Of a stretch of 64,000 nt of DNA, positions 9,270 through 19,276 are shown piece by piece (the first letter of the stretch is position 1; the number at the start of each line of letters is the position of its first letter). Made by a program: the position numbers and the translations under genes. The notes beneath the pieces were generated by a model. That model was not told where the DNA came from. It made no database searches and saw only the letters and a program-made list of their open reading frames with translations. The stretch is from an uncultured Piscirickettsiaceae bacterium (GTDB taxonomy: Bacteria > Pseudomonadota > Gammaproteobacteria > GCF-002020875): contig CAYQBY010000001.1 of the NCBI GenBank assembly GCA_964415865.1, positions 26,277 to 90,276 on the forward strand, read 5' to 3'.

Positions 9270-10508
9270 CTAATCAAAAACAAACTCTCCATTTCCGAGT
9301 CTCTTTTTGATCTCTCCAATTACTCTCTCTTCATCGGCCCCATCTTTGGCTACAAAGGTGACAGAGAAGCGGATGTAGTTTCCAGCATCATCCCACGGTA
9401 CGGTGGAGATCATTTTCTCCTTAATCAGGTATTGAGAGAATGCCTCTCCACTATCAAAACTGATTCCGTCCTTGGTTCCGGTTGGTGCTTTTACATATAG
9501 ATAGAAGGTGGCTTTTGGTTTTTTGATCTCAAAACCTGCACTGGTCAATGCATCCACCAGCAGTTCATGTCTTCTGGAGTATTTGGCGCTGGTCTTTTCG
9601 GTAATCTCTGGATGTTGCAGACAGTAGATGCCAGCATACTGGATTGCGGCAAACTGACCAGAATCGTTATTGTCCTTGATAGCAGCAAATGCCTTGACCA
9701 TGAGCTCATTGCCGGCAATAAATGCAAGACGCCACCCTGTCATATTGTACGCCTTGGAAAGTGACTGGATTGCTACGCCAACCTCCTTGGCTCCATCCAC
9801 GTTAAGGAAGGAGAATGGTTTCTCGCCGTCAAAGGTGAGTGCCGCATATGCCTCGTCTGATACGATCATGACGTTGTTATCTTTGGCAAACTGAATAGCC
9901 TTTTTGTAGAAGGCTTCTGTAGCGACTGCACCGGTTGGATTGTTGGGGTAGTTGAGGTAGAGAAGCTTGGCTCTCTTCTTTTGATCATCGGTCAAGCTGT
10001 CGAGGTCTGGTAGAAAATTGTTCTCTTCCAGCAGTGGAAGATTAACTACCTCACCACCCACGCCCTGGGTTGTGGTGCCTAGTAGAGGGTATCCTGGAGT
10101 GGTCATAATGGTGATGTCACCAGGGTTGATGAAGGCTATGGGGAGCAGTGCAAGTACAGGCTTGCTTCCAATACCATGGTTTATCTCGCTGTCTGGATTC
10201 AGTCCTTTTACTCCGAATACGCTATCCATATATATAGCAGCGGCATCCTTAAAGGCCTGTATGCCATTATCGGTATAACCACGGTTCTCCCAGTTTTTGG
10301 CCTCTTTGTAAAGGACATCAATAACCTCAGGCTCTGCCATCCAGTCGGGCTCACCAACCCCCATATCGATCATCTCTGTCTCTGGGTTGGCCTCCATGGC
10401 TGCCCGTTTTGCTCTTTTGATTTTTTCGAATTTATAGATATTGGTATCCTTACCAAACTGGTCTCCACCGATACGGTCAGCAAAGAGTTGCTGGATGTAG
10501 CTTTCCAT
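9270..10508 (-). CDS. PLP-dependent class I aminotransferase; position and size suggest diaminopimelate-pathway aminotransferase (DapC / DapL-like)
   Basis: 412 aa; NPTG and SLSKAYNMTGWRLAF (PLP-lysine region); sits directly downstream of map-glnD where dapD/dapC occur in other gammaproteobacteria. Confidence 0.8.
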   Translation of the reverse strand: MESYIQQLFADRIGGDQFGKDTNIYKFEKIKRAKRAAMEANPETEMIDMGVGEPDWMAEPEVIDVLYKEAKNWENRGYTDNGIQAFKDAAAIYMDSVFGVKGLNPDSEINHGIGSKPVLALLPIAFINPGDITIMTTPGYPLLGTTTQGVGGEVVNLPLLEENNFLPDLDSLTDDQKKRAKLLYLNYPNNPTGAVATEAFYKKAIQFAKDNNVMIVSDEAYAALTFDGEKPFSFLNVDGAKEVGVAIQSLSKAYNMTGWRLAFIAGNELMVKAFAAIKDNNDSGQFAAIQYAGIYCLQHPEITEKTSAKYSRRHELLVDALTSAGFEIKKPKATFYLYVKAPTGTKDGISFDSGEAFSQYLIKEKMISTVPWDDAGNYIRFSVTFVAKDGADEERVIGEIKKRLGNGEFVFD

Positions 10509-10582
10509 GATTTCTCTATCCTTATGTTCTGAAAGTTTTCTGTGTCTTTAAAATAGTTGCGGGATTGTAACGATTACCAGGA

Positions 10583-10930
10583 TTAGATGCATCCACCACA
10601 GCTTCCACAGCTCCAATCATTTTCGTTGATCGCTTGGTAAAACCAGCTTAGGTGTTGTTCATCAAGAGGAATACCGTGCTCTGCAAAAAAAGATGTAATC
10701 CATGTCATGTTTTCCAGAATCCATTCATCCTCCTCCAACCCTTCGGCAAATTCTGGATCATCAGGGTATAGGTAGCTGTAGATACCAAAGGTACCCATCT
10801 CTTCTTCCCTCTTTATGGCAGGAAGCTGTATTGGTTTGCCTTGATATTTGATCTCCCAGTGACCGAGGCAGACTGTATGACCCTGTTCTGACCAGTTGGC
10901 TAAAAATGGGTTGTTATTATGGTCACTCAT
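10583..10930 (-). CDS. Hypothetical acidic protein with C-terminal CGSCGGC motif, translationally coupled to glnD
   Basis: ATG overlaps glnD stop (TAATG); 115 aa; no recognised domain. Confidence 0.55.
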   Translation of the reverse strand: MSDHNNNPFLANWSEQGHTVCLGHWEIKYQGKPIQLPAIKREEEMGTFGIYSYLYPDDPEFAEGLEEDEWILENMTWITSFFAEHGIPLDEQHLSWFYQAINENDWSCGSCGGCI

Positions 10931-13575
10931 TATTGGTCAAGTGCCTCCCGGATTTGGCTGCTGATCAACTGGTTCTTTGTCTCATCATCCAGAGGGGTGT
11001 TGTCCTGATTTGTAACCCAGAAGAGATCTTCAACCCGTTCTCCCAAAGTGGCAATTTTTGCTGCATGTACACGAATATTGCACTCCATCAGAGAGCGGCA
11101 GATGGTTGAGAGAAGCCCTGGCCGGTCGGTGGCGTTGATTTCAAGAATGGTCTGCTGTTTTCGCTGCTCTTGGCGGAATATAACCTCGCTCGCTTCACGA
11201 AAATGTTTCTGGTGACGGGAGTGACGAAAGGCGACAGGTTGAGCCAACAAGGTGGGCTGCTGGATTTCTTTGCGAATAGTATTTTTGATTTTATTCATCC
11301 ATACAGGATCCTGAATGGTATCGCCATGTTGATCCAATACAGTAAACAGATCCAACGCATAGCTATCCAGAGTGGTGTTGATCTTGGCTGCCTGAATATT
11401 TAGGCCCAGAAATTCCAGGGTGTGCACCAGGATTGAGAAGAGGAACTGACGATCCTGGTTGTAGATAAGGATCTCGCTCCCACCGTGGTGACTCTTCCTG
11501 TTGAACTTGATGAGTGGAAGCTGTTCGGCATTCAGGATAGAGCTGGTATGCCAGTAGATCTCTTTAGGGTCATGTTTTTGGAAGTACTCTTCTTCGAAAT
11601 TTGCCCAGAGCAGTTCTGTCTCTGCAGAGGATTCATCTTGTTTGGCAAGGAGTGCCATGGCATCCCTCTTGCGGCTCTCTACCACCTGTTTATCATCAAG
11701 AGTGGAGGGGTGATGAAGACCCTGCGTCAAGGTATTGCAGGTCTGTTGGTAGAGGCGTGAGAGCAAGGAGTCCTTGAAGTGGTTCCATAATGTATTATTG
11801 GTGGCGCGGATATCTGCAACTGTAAGCAGGTAGAGCATCTCTAGTCTTGACTGCCGACCAACCTTCTGGGCAAAGGCATTGATCTCTGCAGGATCATCAA
11901 TGTCCTTTCTCTGCGCAACTGTGGACATGCTCAGATGGTTCTCAACCAGCCAGGAGACATCTTCTGTGGTGTCATGGTCTATCTGGTGCTGCTGACAGAA
12001 CTCTCGGGCAATCTCCCTTCCAAGCTTGGAGTGATCTCCTCCTTGGCCCTTGGCGATATCATGAAATAGTGCTGCCAGATAGAGGCGTTCAGGGTGTCTG
12101 ATATGACTGATCAGCTCACTGAGCTTGGGGGATTCATGGTGAAACTCAGGTATTGTCAGTCGCCTCAGATTACGGATAACAAACAGGGTGTGTTCATCCA
12201 CTGTATAGGCATGAAAGAGGTCGTACTGCATTAATCCTATTATTTTTTCAAATGATGGAAGATAGGCGCCCAGGATCCCGTATCTGTTCATGCGGCGTAG
12301 CACATGTGTCAATCCGTTGGGTTGATAGAAGAGTTGCAGAAATAGCTGTTGGTGTTGCCGGTTCTGCCGAAAATCCACATCAATAGTGTGTCGTGCTGCA
12401 CGTATCTGGCGAATTGTCTCTGCAGTGACACCCTGAACATCAGGATGGTCACGTATGGTTATAAATAGTGTGAGGATAAGTGATGGATGTTCTTTTAAGG
12501 CATTATTTTTCAGCAGGGTTAGGTAGCCTCTATCAAGCCCAAAATTTTCATCAAGAGGGGTAGGTAACTGTTCTGCAGATGGTGTTAACAACTTCTCTTC
12601 AAATAGCTGCAGTAGCATCTCATTCAAGAGAGAGAGCTCCCGGATAATGCGGAAGTAGCTATGCATGAATGACTCGACACCTCTGCTTTGTCCACTATCA
12701 AGGTGGCCGAAGTGTTGTGCCAGTTCAGGTTGATGTTCAAATAGTAGTCTCTCTTCGGCGCGTCCTGCAATCAGGTGCAGCGCAAAACGGATCTCCCATA
12801 GTCGCTCTTGTCCAGCCTCTAGATCAGCAGCCTCATTTTTGGTCAGGAAGTTGTGGTCGACAAGTTCATCGAAGTAGTGTGATTTTGCCCCAAAGTGGCG
12901 ACGTGTGACCCAGAGGATATTCTGTATATCTCTTAACCCACCAGGTCCCTCTTTGATGTTTGGCTCCAGGTTGTAGGCAGTATCATTCTGTTTTGCCAGC
13001 CTGCTTTTTTGCTCATTGCGTTTGGCAACAAAGAATGGTCCGCTGGGCCATATTGAGTCATCCGTTATATGTTGTTGTAGTTGATTAAATATAGTTTCCG
13101 AACCTGATAGGAGACGTGATTCCAGTAGATTGGTCGCTACGGTAATGTCTGCACGCCCCTCTTCAAGACACTCCTGAATTGAGCGTACGCTGTGGCCGAT
13201 CTGTAGATTCAGATCCCAAAGCAGGGTAATAAAGGTCTCAATTGATCCACTCTTTTCTCCCTCCTGCGGAATAATCAGCAGGTCAATATCAGAGAAAGGG
13301 TGGAGCTCACGACGTCCATATCCCCCAACAGCAACAAGAGAGGTCGCTGATTTATGGGGTGTTATCTTGTTCCAGATTTTCTTTAACAGGTAGTCGATGA
13401 CATCACTACGAGCTCTTATCAGGGTTCTGGCAGAGTCACCATCATGGAACTGTTGGGCAATCTGCTCCTGACTGGCTTGGAGAATTCCCCTGATCTTGAG
13501 CGGTTCGATGGTTTTGCCATCAATAGCCTCACTCAGTGCGCTGTCCAGTGAAGTACTCAGCGGACTACAGGTCAT
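10930..13575 (-). CDS. glnD: Bifunctional uridylyltransferase/uridylyl-removing enzyme (PII regulator)
   Basis: 881 aa; nucleotidyltransferase GGYGRxELxPxSDID, HD domain, two C-terminal ACT domains; map-glnD synteny. Confidence 0.95.
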   Translation of the reverse strand: MTCSPLSTSLDSALSEAIDGKTIEPLKIRGILQASQEQIAQQFHDGDSARTLIRARSDVIDYLLKKIWNKITPHKSATSLVAVGGYGRRELHPFSDIDLLIIPQEGEKSGSIETFITLLWDLNLQIGHSVRSIQECLEEGRADITVATNLLESRLLSGSETIFNQLQQHITDDSIWPSGPFFVAKRNEQKSRLAKQNDTAYNLEPNIKEGPGGLRDIQNILWVTRRHFGAKSHYFDELVDHNFLTKNEAADLEAGQERLWEIRFALHLIAGRAEERLLFEHQPELAQHFGHLDSGQSRGVESFMHSYFRIIRELSLLNEMLLQLFEEKLLTPSAEQLPTPLDENFGLDRGYLTLLKNNALKEHPSLILTLFITIRDHPDVQGVTAETIRQIRAARHTIDVDFRQNRQHQQLFLQLFYQPNGLTHVLRRMNRYGILGAYLPSFEKIIGLMQYDLFHAYTVDEHTLFVIRNLRRLTIPEFHHESPKLSELISHIRHPERLYLAALFHDIAKGQGGDHSKLGREIAREFCQQHQIDHDTTEDVSWLVENHLSMSTVAQRKDIDDPAEINAFAQKVGRQSRLEMLYLLTVADIRATNNTLWNHFKDSLLSRLYQQTCNTLTQGLHHPSTLDDKQVVESRKRDAMALLAKQDESSAETELLWANFEEEYFQKHDPKEIYWHTSSILNAEQLPLIKFNRKSHHGGSEILIYNQDRQFLFSILVHTLEFLGLNIQAAKINTTLDSYALDLFTVLDQHGDTIQDPVWMNKIKNTIRKEIQQPTLLAQPVAFRHSRHQKHFREASEVIFRQEQRKQQTILEINATDRPGLLSTICRSLMECNIRVHAAKIATLGERVEDLFWVTNQDNTPLDDETKNQLISSQIREALDQ

Positions 13576-14338
13576 CCTCTTCCTTTCTGTGGGTCAGAAC
13601 CTCTACCCCGCTCTCGGTAACAAGTAGGGTATGTTCCCATTGTGCAGAGAGGCTGCGATCTTTGGTGGTAACAGTCCAATTATCCTTTGGATTTAATCTA
13701 CTATGGCGTTTGCCAGCATTGATCATCGGTTCAATAGTGAAGATCATTCCTGTCTCCAGGATTGGCCCTGTCCCTTTTTCACCATAATGTAAAACCTGTG
13801 GCTCCTCATGGAAATCCTTGCCTATGCCATGACCGCAGTATTCGTGAACTACCGAAAAGTTATATTTTTCTGCATGTTTCTGAATGGCGTAACCTATATC
13901 TCCCAGATGAATGCCAGGTTTTACCAGCTCTATTCCCTTGAGCAGACATTCTCGGGATATCTGTACAAGGCGTTGAGCTCGAATGGGAATTTTGCCAATA
14001 GTGAACATCTTACTGGTGTCGCCATGATATCCATCCTTGATAACAGTGATATCAATATTGATGATATCTCCCTTCTTGAGCCTCTTGTCTCCCGGTATTC
14101 CATGACAGATAACATGGTTGACTGAGGTGCAGATCGATTTTGGAAACCCATGGTAGTTGAGGGGGGCAGGAGTTGCATGCTGAATATTTACGATGTAGTC
14201 ATGGCAGATCTGGTCAAGTTCCGCAGTGGTGACCCCTGCTACAACATGAGGTTCAATCATAACCAGTACATCAGCAGCCAGACGGCCAGCTATGCGCATT
14301 TTTTCAATCTCTTCGGCGGTTTTAATGATGATGCTCAT
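13565..14338 (-). CDS. map: Methionine aminopeptidase type I
   Basis: 257 aa, conserved metal ligands and pita-bread fold motifs; divergent from rpsB as in E. coli. Confidence 0.95.
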   Translation of the reverse strand: MSIIIKTAEEIEKMRIAGRLAADVLVMIEPHVVAGVTTAELDQICHDYIVNIQHATPAPLNYHGFPKSICTSVNHVICHGIPGDKRLKKGDIINIDITVIKDGYHGDTSKMFTIGKIPIRAQRLVQISRECLLKGIELVKPGIHLGDIGYAIQKHAEKYNFSVVHEYCGHGIGKDFHEEPQVLHYGEKGTGPILETGMIFTIEPMINAGKRHSRLNPKDNWTVTTKDRSLSAQWEHTLLVTESGVEVLTHRKEEDDL

Positions 14339-14570
14339 AATCGAAACGGTTATGTAAAGTCTGTTTGTTTAAAATGGTAGTGCGTAGTATACTTCGCGCG
14401 CATTTTCTGTGAGGGAAAGTGTAATTTAAATTCACACGCATGCCGTCATTATGAGCCCGGGTGTCGCTTTAACAGGTGATTGGGATCATCAGGTCTGCGG
14501 AGGCAAAACCCAAAGTAACTGTTGGTTTACTATAAAGTCAAACAGTTGCGAAAATTTGAGAGAGAAAATT

Positions 14571-15425
14571 ATGTCCGTTTCTATGAGACAAATGTTGGAA
14601 GCTGGTGTTCACTTCGGTCACCAGACACGTTTTTGGAACCCAAAAATGGCCCCATACATCTTTGGGGATCGTAACAAAATTCATATCATCAACCTTGAGA
14701 AGACATTGCCGATGTTCCAGGATGCAATGAACTTTATTGGTGGTGTTGCAGCCAAGAATGGCAAGGTTCTGTTTGTGGGCACCAAACGTGCTGCACAAAA
14801 GACAGTGCGTGAAGAGGCAGAGCGTGCTGGCATGCCATATGTTAACCACCGCTGGCTGGGTGGAATGCTGACCAATTTCAAGACAGTCAAACAGTCTATC
14901 CGTCGTCTGAAAGATATTCAGGCAATGCGTGATGATGGTCGCCTGGGTAGGTTGACCAAAAAAGAGGGGCTGATGATGGCCCGTGAGCTGGAAAAACTGG
15001 AGCGTACATTAGGTGGAATCCAGGATATGGGAGGTCTGCCATCAGCAATAGTAGTGGTAGATACAGGTCATGAAGGCATTGCAATTAATGAGGCGAGAAA
15101 GCTGAAAATTCCGGTTATCGGAGTAGTAGATACCAATAATAATCCTGAGGATGTGGATTATGTGATTCCTGGAAATGATGATGCAATTCGTGCAATTCAA
15201 CTCTATGTTCGTGCAGCAGCAGATGCAATTCTGGATGCCAAGGTAGCGACAACTACAGCAGCACCTGCAGAGAAAGCACCAAAGAAAGCACCTGTAGAAG
15301 AGAAAGCTGAGACAGTTGCAGAAGAGGCACCAGCAGAAGAGAAAGCTGAGGTAGTTGCAGAAGAGGCACCTGCAGAGACAGTTGTTGCCGAAGCTAAGGC
15401 TGAAACTGCAGCAGAGTCAGAGTAA
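14571..15425 (+). CDS. rpsB: 30S ribosomal protein S2 with acidic Ala/Glu/Lys-rich C-terminal extension
   Basis: [26 protein letters not shown] canonical S2 N-terminus at ATG 14571 (upstream 40 codons of track ORF are leader); about 45-aa low-complexity tail. Confidence 0.95.
   Translation: MSVSMRQMLEAGVHFGHQTRFWNPKMAPYIFGDRNKIHIINLEKTLPMFQDAMNFIGGVAAKNGKVLFVGTKRAAQKTVREEAERAGMPYVNHRWLGGMLTNFKTVKQSIRRLKDIQAMRDDGRLGRLTKKEGLMMARELEKLERTLGGIQDMGGLPSAIVVVDTGHEGIAINEARKLKIPVIGVVDTNNNPEDVDYVIPGNDDAIRAIQLYVRAAADAILDAKVATTTAAPAEKAPKKAPVEEKAETVAEEAPAEEKAEVVAEEAPAETVVAEAKAETAAESE
15297..15374. repeat. 2 x 39-bp imperfect tandem repeat inside rpsB 3' extension
   Basis: gaagagaaagctgagacagttgcagaagaggcaccagca / gaagagaaagctgaggtagttgcagaagaggcacctgca (3 mismatches). 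Confidence 0.85.
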
Positions 15426-15442
15426 GCATAAGGAGATAAAGT

Positions 15443-16324
15443 ATGGCAATTACAGCAAGTCAGGTAAAGGAACTACGTGAACGTACTGGTGCCGGCATGA
15501 TGGAGTGCAAGAAGGTACTTGTTGAGACTGATGGTGATATTGATGCAGCTATTGAGAATCTGAGAAAGTCTGGTCTGGCAAAGGCTGATAAAAAGGCGTC
15601 ACGAGTTGCAGCAGAGGGTGTTGTGGCAATTAGTGTGAGTGATGATGATTCAAGAGGGGTGATGGTTGAGGTTAATTGTGAGACTGACTTTGTTGCCAAG
15701 GGTGATGAGTTTATTGAGTTTGCCAACCAGATTGCCTCAACAGTACTGGCTGAATCACCAGCTGATGTAGCAGCACTTTCTGAGATGAATCTGTCTGGTG
15801 GGTCTACTACTGTTGAGATTCGTCGCCAGGAGTTGATCGCAAAGTTGGGCGAAAATATGACGGTACGTCGTTTTTCGGTAATTGATTCCAATGGTGGAGT
15901 AATCGGGTTCTATTCTCATGGTGGTCGTATTGGTGTAATGACAGCTCTGCAGGGCGGTGATGCTGTGCTGGCAAAAGATGTCTCTATGCATGTGGCAGCA
16001 AGTCGCCCGATAGCACTCTCCGAAGCAGATCTTTCTGCAGATGTACTGGCAAAGGAGAAAGAGATATTCTCTGCACAGGCAGCCGAGAGTGGCAAGCCTG
16101 ACAATATTATCGAGAAGATGGTGGTTGGCAGAATGAAGAAGTTTGTCAATGAGATTACTCTGCTTGGACAGCCTTTTGTAAAGGATCCAGATCAGACTGT
16201 CGCTAAACTAATGGACTCTAACGGTGCCACTATTGTGGACTTTGCGCGTCTTGAGGTGGGTGAGGGGATTGAGAAGAAAGAAGAGAACTTCGCAGATGAG
16301 GTTATGGCTCAGGTTAATGGTTAA
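15443..16324 (+). CDS. tsf: Elongation factor Ts
   Basis: [26 protein letters not shown]... canonical EF-Ts, 293 aa. Confidence 0.95.
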   Translation: MAITASQVKELRERTGAGMMECKKVLVETDGDIDAAIENLRKSGLAKADKKASRVAAEGVVAISVSDDDSRGVMVEVNCETDFVAKGDEFIEFANQIASTVLAESPADVAALSEMNLSGGSTTVEIRRQELIAKLGENMTVRRFSVIDSNGGVIGFYSHGGRIGVMTALQGGDAVLAKDVSMHVAASRPIALSEADLSADVLAKEKEIFSAQAAESGKPDNIIEKMVVGRMKKFVNEITLLGQPFVKDPDQTVAKLMDSNGATIVDFARLEVGEGIEKKEENFADEVMAQVNG

Positions 16325-16356
16325 GGAAGGCTGCTTGTACCATTAGAGTTATTGAG

Positions 16357-16386
16357 AAGCCTTCTGTTTTGGAAGGCTTTTTTTTG
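16357..16386 (+). terminator. Rho-independent terminator/attenuator between tsf and pyrH
   Basis: 8-bp stem aagccttc/gaaggctt, 7-nt loop, followed by T8. Confidence 0.55.
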
Positions 16387-16416
16387 GACTATTCGTTTAG
16401 TAAAGAGGAAATTGTG

Positions 16417-17142
16417 ATGTCAGATAAACCAATCTATCGACGTATTTTACTGAAGCTCAGCGGAGAGGCTCTTATGGGAGAGAGTTGTCAGGGGATAGAT
16501 CCGGCAATTCTTGCAGAGATGGTAGAGGAGATCTCGGCAATCACCAAACTTGGAGTGCAGGTGGCGGTGGTGATTGGGGGAGGAAACTATTGCCGCGGAG
16601 CAAGTCTGGCAGAGGCTGGAGTAGATCGAGTAACTGGAGACCAGATTGGGATGCTCGCTACTGTGATGAATGCTATTGCTATGCGAGACGCATTGAACCA
16701 GGCAGGAATTGCAGCCCGAGCCATGTCTGCGTTCAAGATATCCAAGGTTTGTGATGAGTATACGACCCGTGATGCGATTGCAGCACTAGATAATGGTGAG
16801 GTGGTTCTGTTCGCAGCAGGTACTGGGAACCCATTCTTTACAACAGATACTGCAGCATGTCTGCGAGGGATTGAGATCAAGGCTGATGTGGTAATGAAGG
16901 CAACAAAAGTGGATGGGGTATATAGTGCTGATCCAGCCAAGGATCCAGCAGCAACATTGATTGAGCGCATCAGCTATGATGAGGTACTTGATAAGCAGCT
17001 TGGAGTGATGGACTTAACTGCAATTGTTCTCTGTCGAGAGCATAATATGCCGCTCAGGGTATTTAATATGATGCGTCAGGGTGGTTTACGTGGTGCATTG
17101 ATAAGTGAGGATGAGGGGACACTGGTCGTTCCGGCATCTTGA
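16417..17142 (+). CDS. pyrH: Uridylate (UMP) kinase
   Basis: [19 protein letters not shown] canonical start; 242 aa. Confidence 0.95.
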   Translation: MSDKPIYRRILLKLSGEALMGESCQGIDPAILAEMVEEISAITKLGVQVAVVIGGGNYCRGASLAEAGVDRVTGDQIGMLATVMNAIAMRDALNQAGIAARAMSAFKISKVCDEYTTRDAIAALDNGEVVLFAAGTGNPFFTTDTAACLRGIEIKADVVMKATKVDGVYSADPAKDPAATLIERISYDEVLDKQLGVMDLTAIVLCREHNMPLRVFNMMRQGGLRGALISEDEGTLVVPAS

Positions 17143-17173
17143 TAATCCAGATGGAGAGAAAGGAATTCTGATA

Positions 17174-17731
17174 ATGATTAATGAGATCCAACAGGATGCG
17201 GAAGGTCGCATGGGAAAGAGTGTTGAATCACTCAAGGGAGAGCTCTCGAAACTTCGTGCGGGGCGTGCTCATCCTAGTCTGCTAGAGCAGATCAGTATAG
17301 ATTACTATGGTAGCAGTACTCCATTGAATCAGGTTGCCAATGTTACGGCCACAGATTCTCGTACATTGACAATAGTTCCATGGGAGAAAACCATGGTTCA
17401 ACCTATTGAAAAGGCGATTATGGAGGCGGACCTTGGTCTTAACCCGGCAACGGCAGGCACTACAATCCGTATTCCGCTACCACCACTGACTGAGGAGAGG
17501 CGTCGTGATTTGGTTCGTGTGGTCAAGCATGAGGGTGAGTCTGCCAAGGTTGCGATACGTAATATTAGGCGTGACGCCAACAGTGATTTTAAGGATCTAC
17601 TTAAGGAAAAGGAGATCTCCGAGGATGAAGAGCATGATGCAATTGATAATATGCAGAAGCTTACTGACCGTCACGTCGCTGAGGTGGATCAGATAATTCA
17701 GGCGAAGGAAGATGACTTGATGGAGGTCTAG
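17174..17731 (+). CDS. frr: Ribosome recycling factor
   Basis: [32 protein letters not shown] canonical RRF; 185 aa. Confidence 0.95.
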   Translation: MINEIQQDAEGRMGKSVESLKGELSKLRAGRAHPSLLEQISIDYYGSSTPLNQVANVTATDSRTLTIVPWEKTMVQPIEKAIMEADLGLNPATAGTTIRIPLPPLTEERRRDLVRVVKHEGESAKVAIRNIRRDANSDFKDLLKEKEISEDEEHDAIDNMQKLTDRHVAEVDQIIQAKEDDLMEV

Positions 17732-17732
17732 A

Positions 17733-18470
17733 TTGTTTGCAGAACAATCAGTTCCACGCCATATTGCCATTGTGATGGATGGTAATGGGCGCTGGGCACG
17801 TAGACAGAAACGGCCACGTTTCTGGGGCCACAAGCGTGGTGTAGAACGAGTACGTTCCACGGTCGAGGGTTGTATTGATCTTGGTGTAGAGGCACTGACC
17901 CTGTTCGCATTCAGTACGGAAAACTGGAGACGCCCTGAGGAGGAAGTTACTTTTTTGATGGATCTGTTTATGTCCTCACTGAAGAGAGAGGTGCAGCGTC
18001 TACATAAAAATGGTATTCGTCTCCGTATCATTGGAGATAAAAGTGGCTTTTCCACAAAGCTTCAGACTGCGATTGCAGAGGCTGAGGAGTTGACCAAAGA
18101 TAATTCCAGATTATCTCTAAATATTGCAGCCAATTATGGTGGGCGTTGGGATATCACAGAGGCAACTCGTAAACTCTGTCATGAGGTTGCAAATGGCAGC
18201 CTGGATCCAGAGCTGGTTACTGAGGAGATGCTGCAAGAGCAGATAATGTTGAGTGATCTGCCTGAGCCAGAATTGTTTATCCGTACAGGAGGAGAGAAGC
18301 GGGTCAGTAACTTTCTGTTGTGGCAGATGGCATATTGTGAATTCTATTTCTCTGATCTGTTTTGGCCCGAGTTTGATCGTCAGGCTCTGGAGGAGGCTGT
18401 TGGATCATTTGGAGGTAGAGAGCGCCGTTTTGGGAGGACAGGTGATCAATTATTGGAGGCTGGAGAGTGA
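17733..18470 (+). CDS. uppS: Ditrans,polycis-undecaprenyl-diphosphate synthase
   Basis: RHIAIVMDGNGRWA motif; probable TTG start at 17733. Confidence 0.9.
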   Translation: MFAEQSVPRHIAIVMDGNGRWARRQKRPRFWGHKRGVERVRSTVEGCIDLGVEALTLFAFSTENWRRPEEEVTFLMDLFMSSLKREVQRLHKNGIRLRIIGDKSGFSTKLQTAIAEAEELTKDNSRLSLNIAANYGGRWDITEATRKLCHEVANGSLDPELVTEEMLQEQIMLSDLPEPELFIRTGGEKRVSNFLLWQMAYCEFYFSDLFWPEFDRQALEEAVGSFGGRERRFGRTGDQLLEAGE

Positions 18471-19276
18471 ATCTCTCCTCTTTTACGCAGCGTACACTTA
18501 GTGCGCTGATTCTAGGGCCCTTGCTGTTATGGTCCATTTTTTATCTGCAGGGAGATGACTTCTCAATCTTATTGGGGGTGCTGTTAATTCCGGCTGCATG
18601 GGAGTGGGCCCGCCTCGCTGGCCAGACCGGGCTCCTGCCTAAGCTTTTTTATACGGCAGCACTAATCGCTATCTTCTATGTTGCCAATTTTGTCACACTG
18701 TGGTGGTTGCTTGGAGTCGCTATTGTCTGGTGGGTAGCGGCGTTATTCTGGCTACGATATTTTCCAGAGGGAACTGAGTTTGTTTTTGGTCCGATCATGA
18801 GCCATGTTGCAGGGGTCGTTGTATTGATTCCTGCGTGGCATGCGCTTGGAGAGATTCATCAGCACGGGGTTGAAATGTTGCTGTTACTGTTGTTGTTGAT
18901 CTGGAGTGCCGATACGGGGGCATATCTGGTTGGACGCAGGTTTGGCAACAGAAAGCTGGCTCCCAATGTCAGTCCGAAAAAGAGCATTGAGGGATTGTTA
19001 GGGGGGATTGGTTTTGCATTGCTTGTTGCGGTAATGGCCTATCATTATCTGGTGCAGACTGAGACGGGACTAACTATTTTTCTGTTGATAGTGGTTAGTG
19101 TGGTTATATTTTCTGTGGTTGGTGACTTGGTAGAGAGTGCCTATAAACGTAATGCAGGAATCAAGGATAGCGGTAATTTGATCCCTGGGCACGGTGGGAT
19201 TCTGGATCGTGTAGATAGCCTGACTGCAGCAGCTCCAATCTTCCTATCTCTATTGGCTATTATGGGGGAGTTGTGA
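18467..19276 (+). CDS. cdsA: Phosphatidate cytidylyltransferase
   Basis: Multi-TM, CTP-transferase signature near C-terminus; GTGA overlap with uppS; uppS-cdsA-dxr order. Confidence 0.9.
   Translation: MNLSSFTQRTLSALILGPLLLWSIFYLQGDDFSILLGVLLIPAAWEWARLAGQTGLLPKLFYTAALIAIFYVANFVTLWWLLGVAIVWWVAALFWLRYFPEGTEFVFGPIMSHVAGVVVLIPAWHALGEIHQHGVEMLLLLLLLIWSADTGAYLVGRRFGNRKLAPNVSPKKSIEGLLGGIGFALLVAVMAYHYLVQTETGLTIFLLIVVSVVIFSVVGDLVESAYKRNAGIKDSGNLIPGHGGILDRVDSLTAAAPIFLSLLAIMGEL

Noticed and set aside
14451-14570. 120-nt N-terminal extension of the rpsB ORF in the track ([14 protein letters not shown]...)
   Set aside because: Canonical S2 N-terminus begins at ATG 14571 with an upstream SD-like GAGAGAGAAA. 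The extension is the conserved rpsB leader/promoter region, not coding. The track's upstream extensions of pyrH, frr, bamA, skp, rnhB, pyrG, smc, yciB and the FGGY kinase were rejected the same way.
15460-16149. Ser/Thr/Ala-rich - strand ORFs (143, 78, 77 aa) inside tsf
   Set aside because: Mirror images of the Ala/Glu-rich sense frame. No independent signals.
17597-18055. 152-aa - strand ORF spanning frr/uppS junction
   Set aside because: Antisense to two conserved genes. No homology. Arg/Ser-rich shadow translation.
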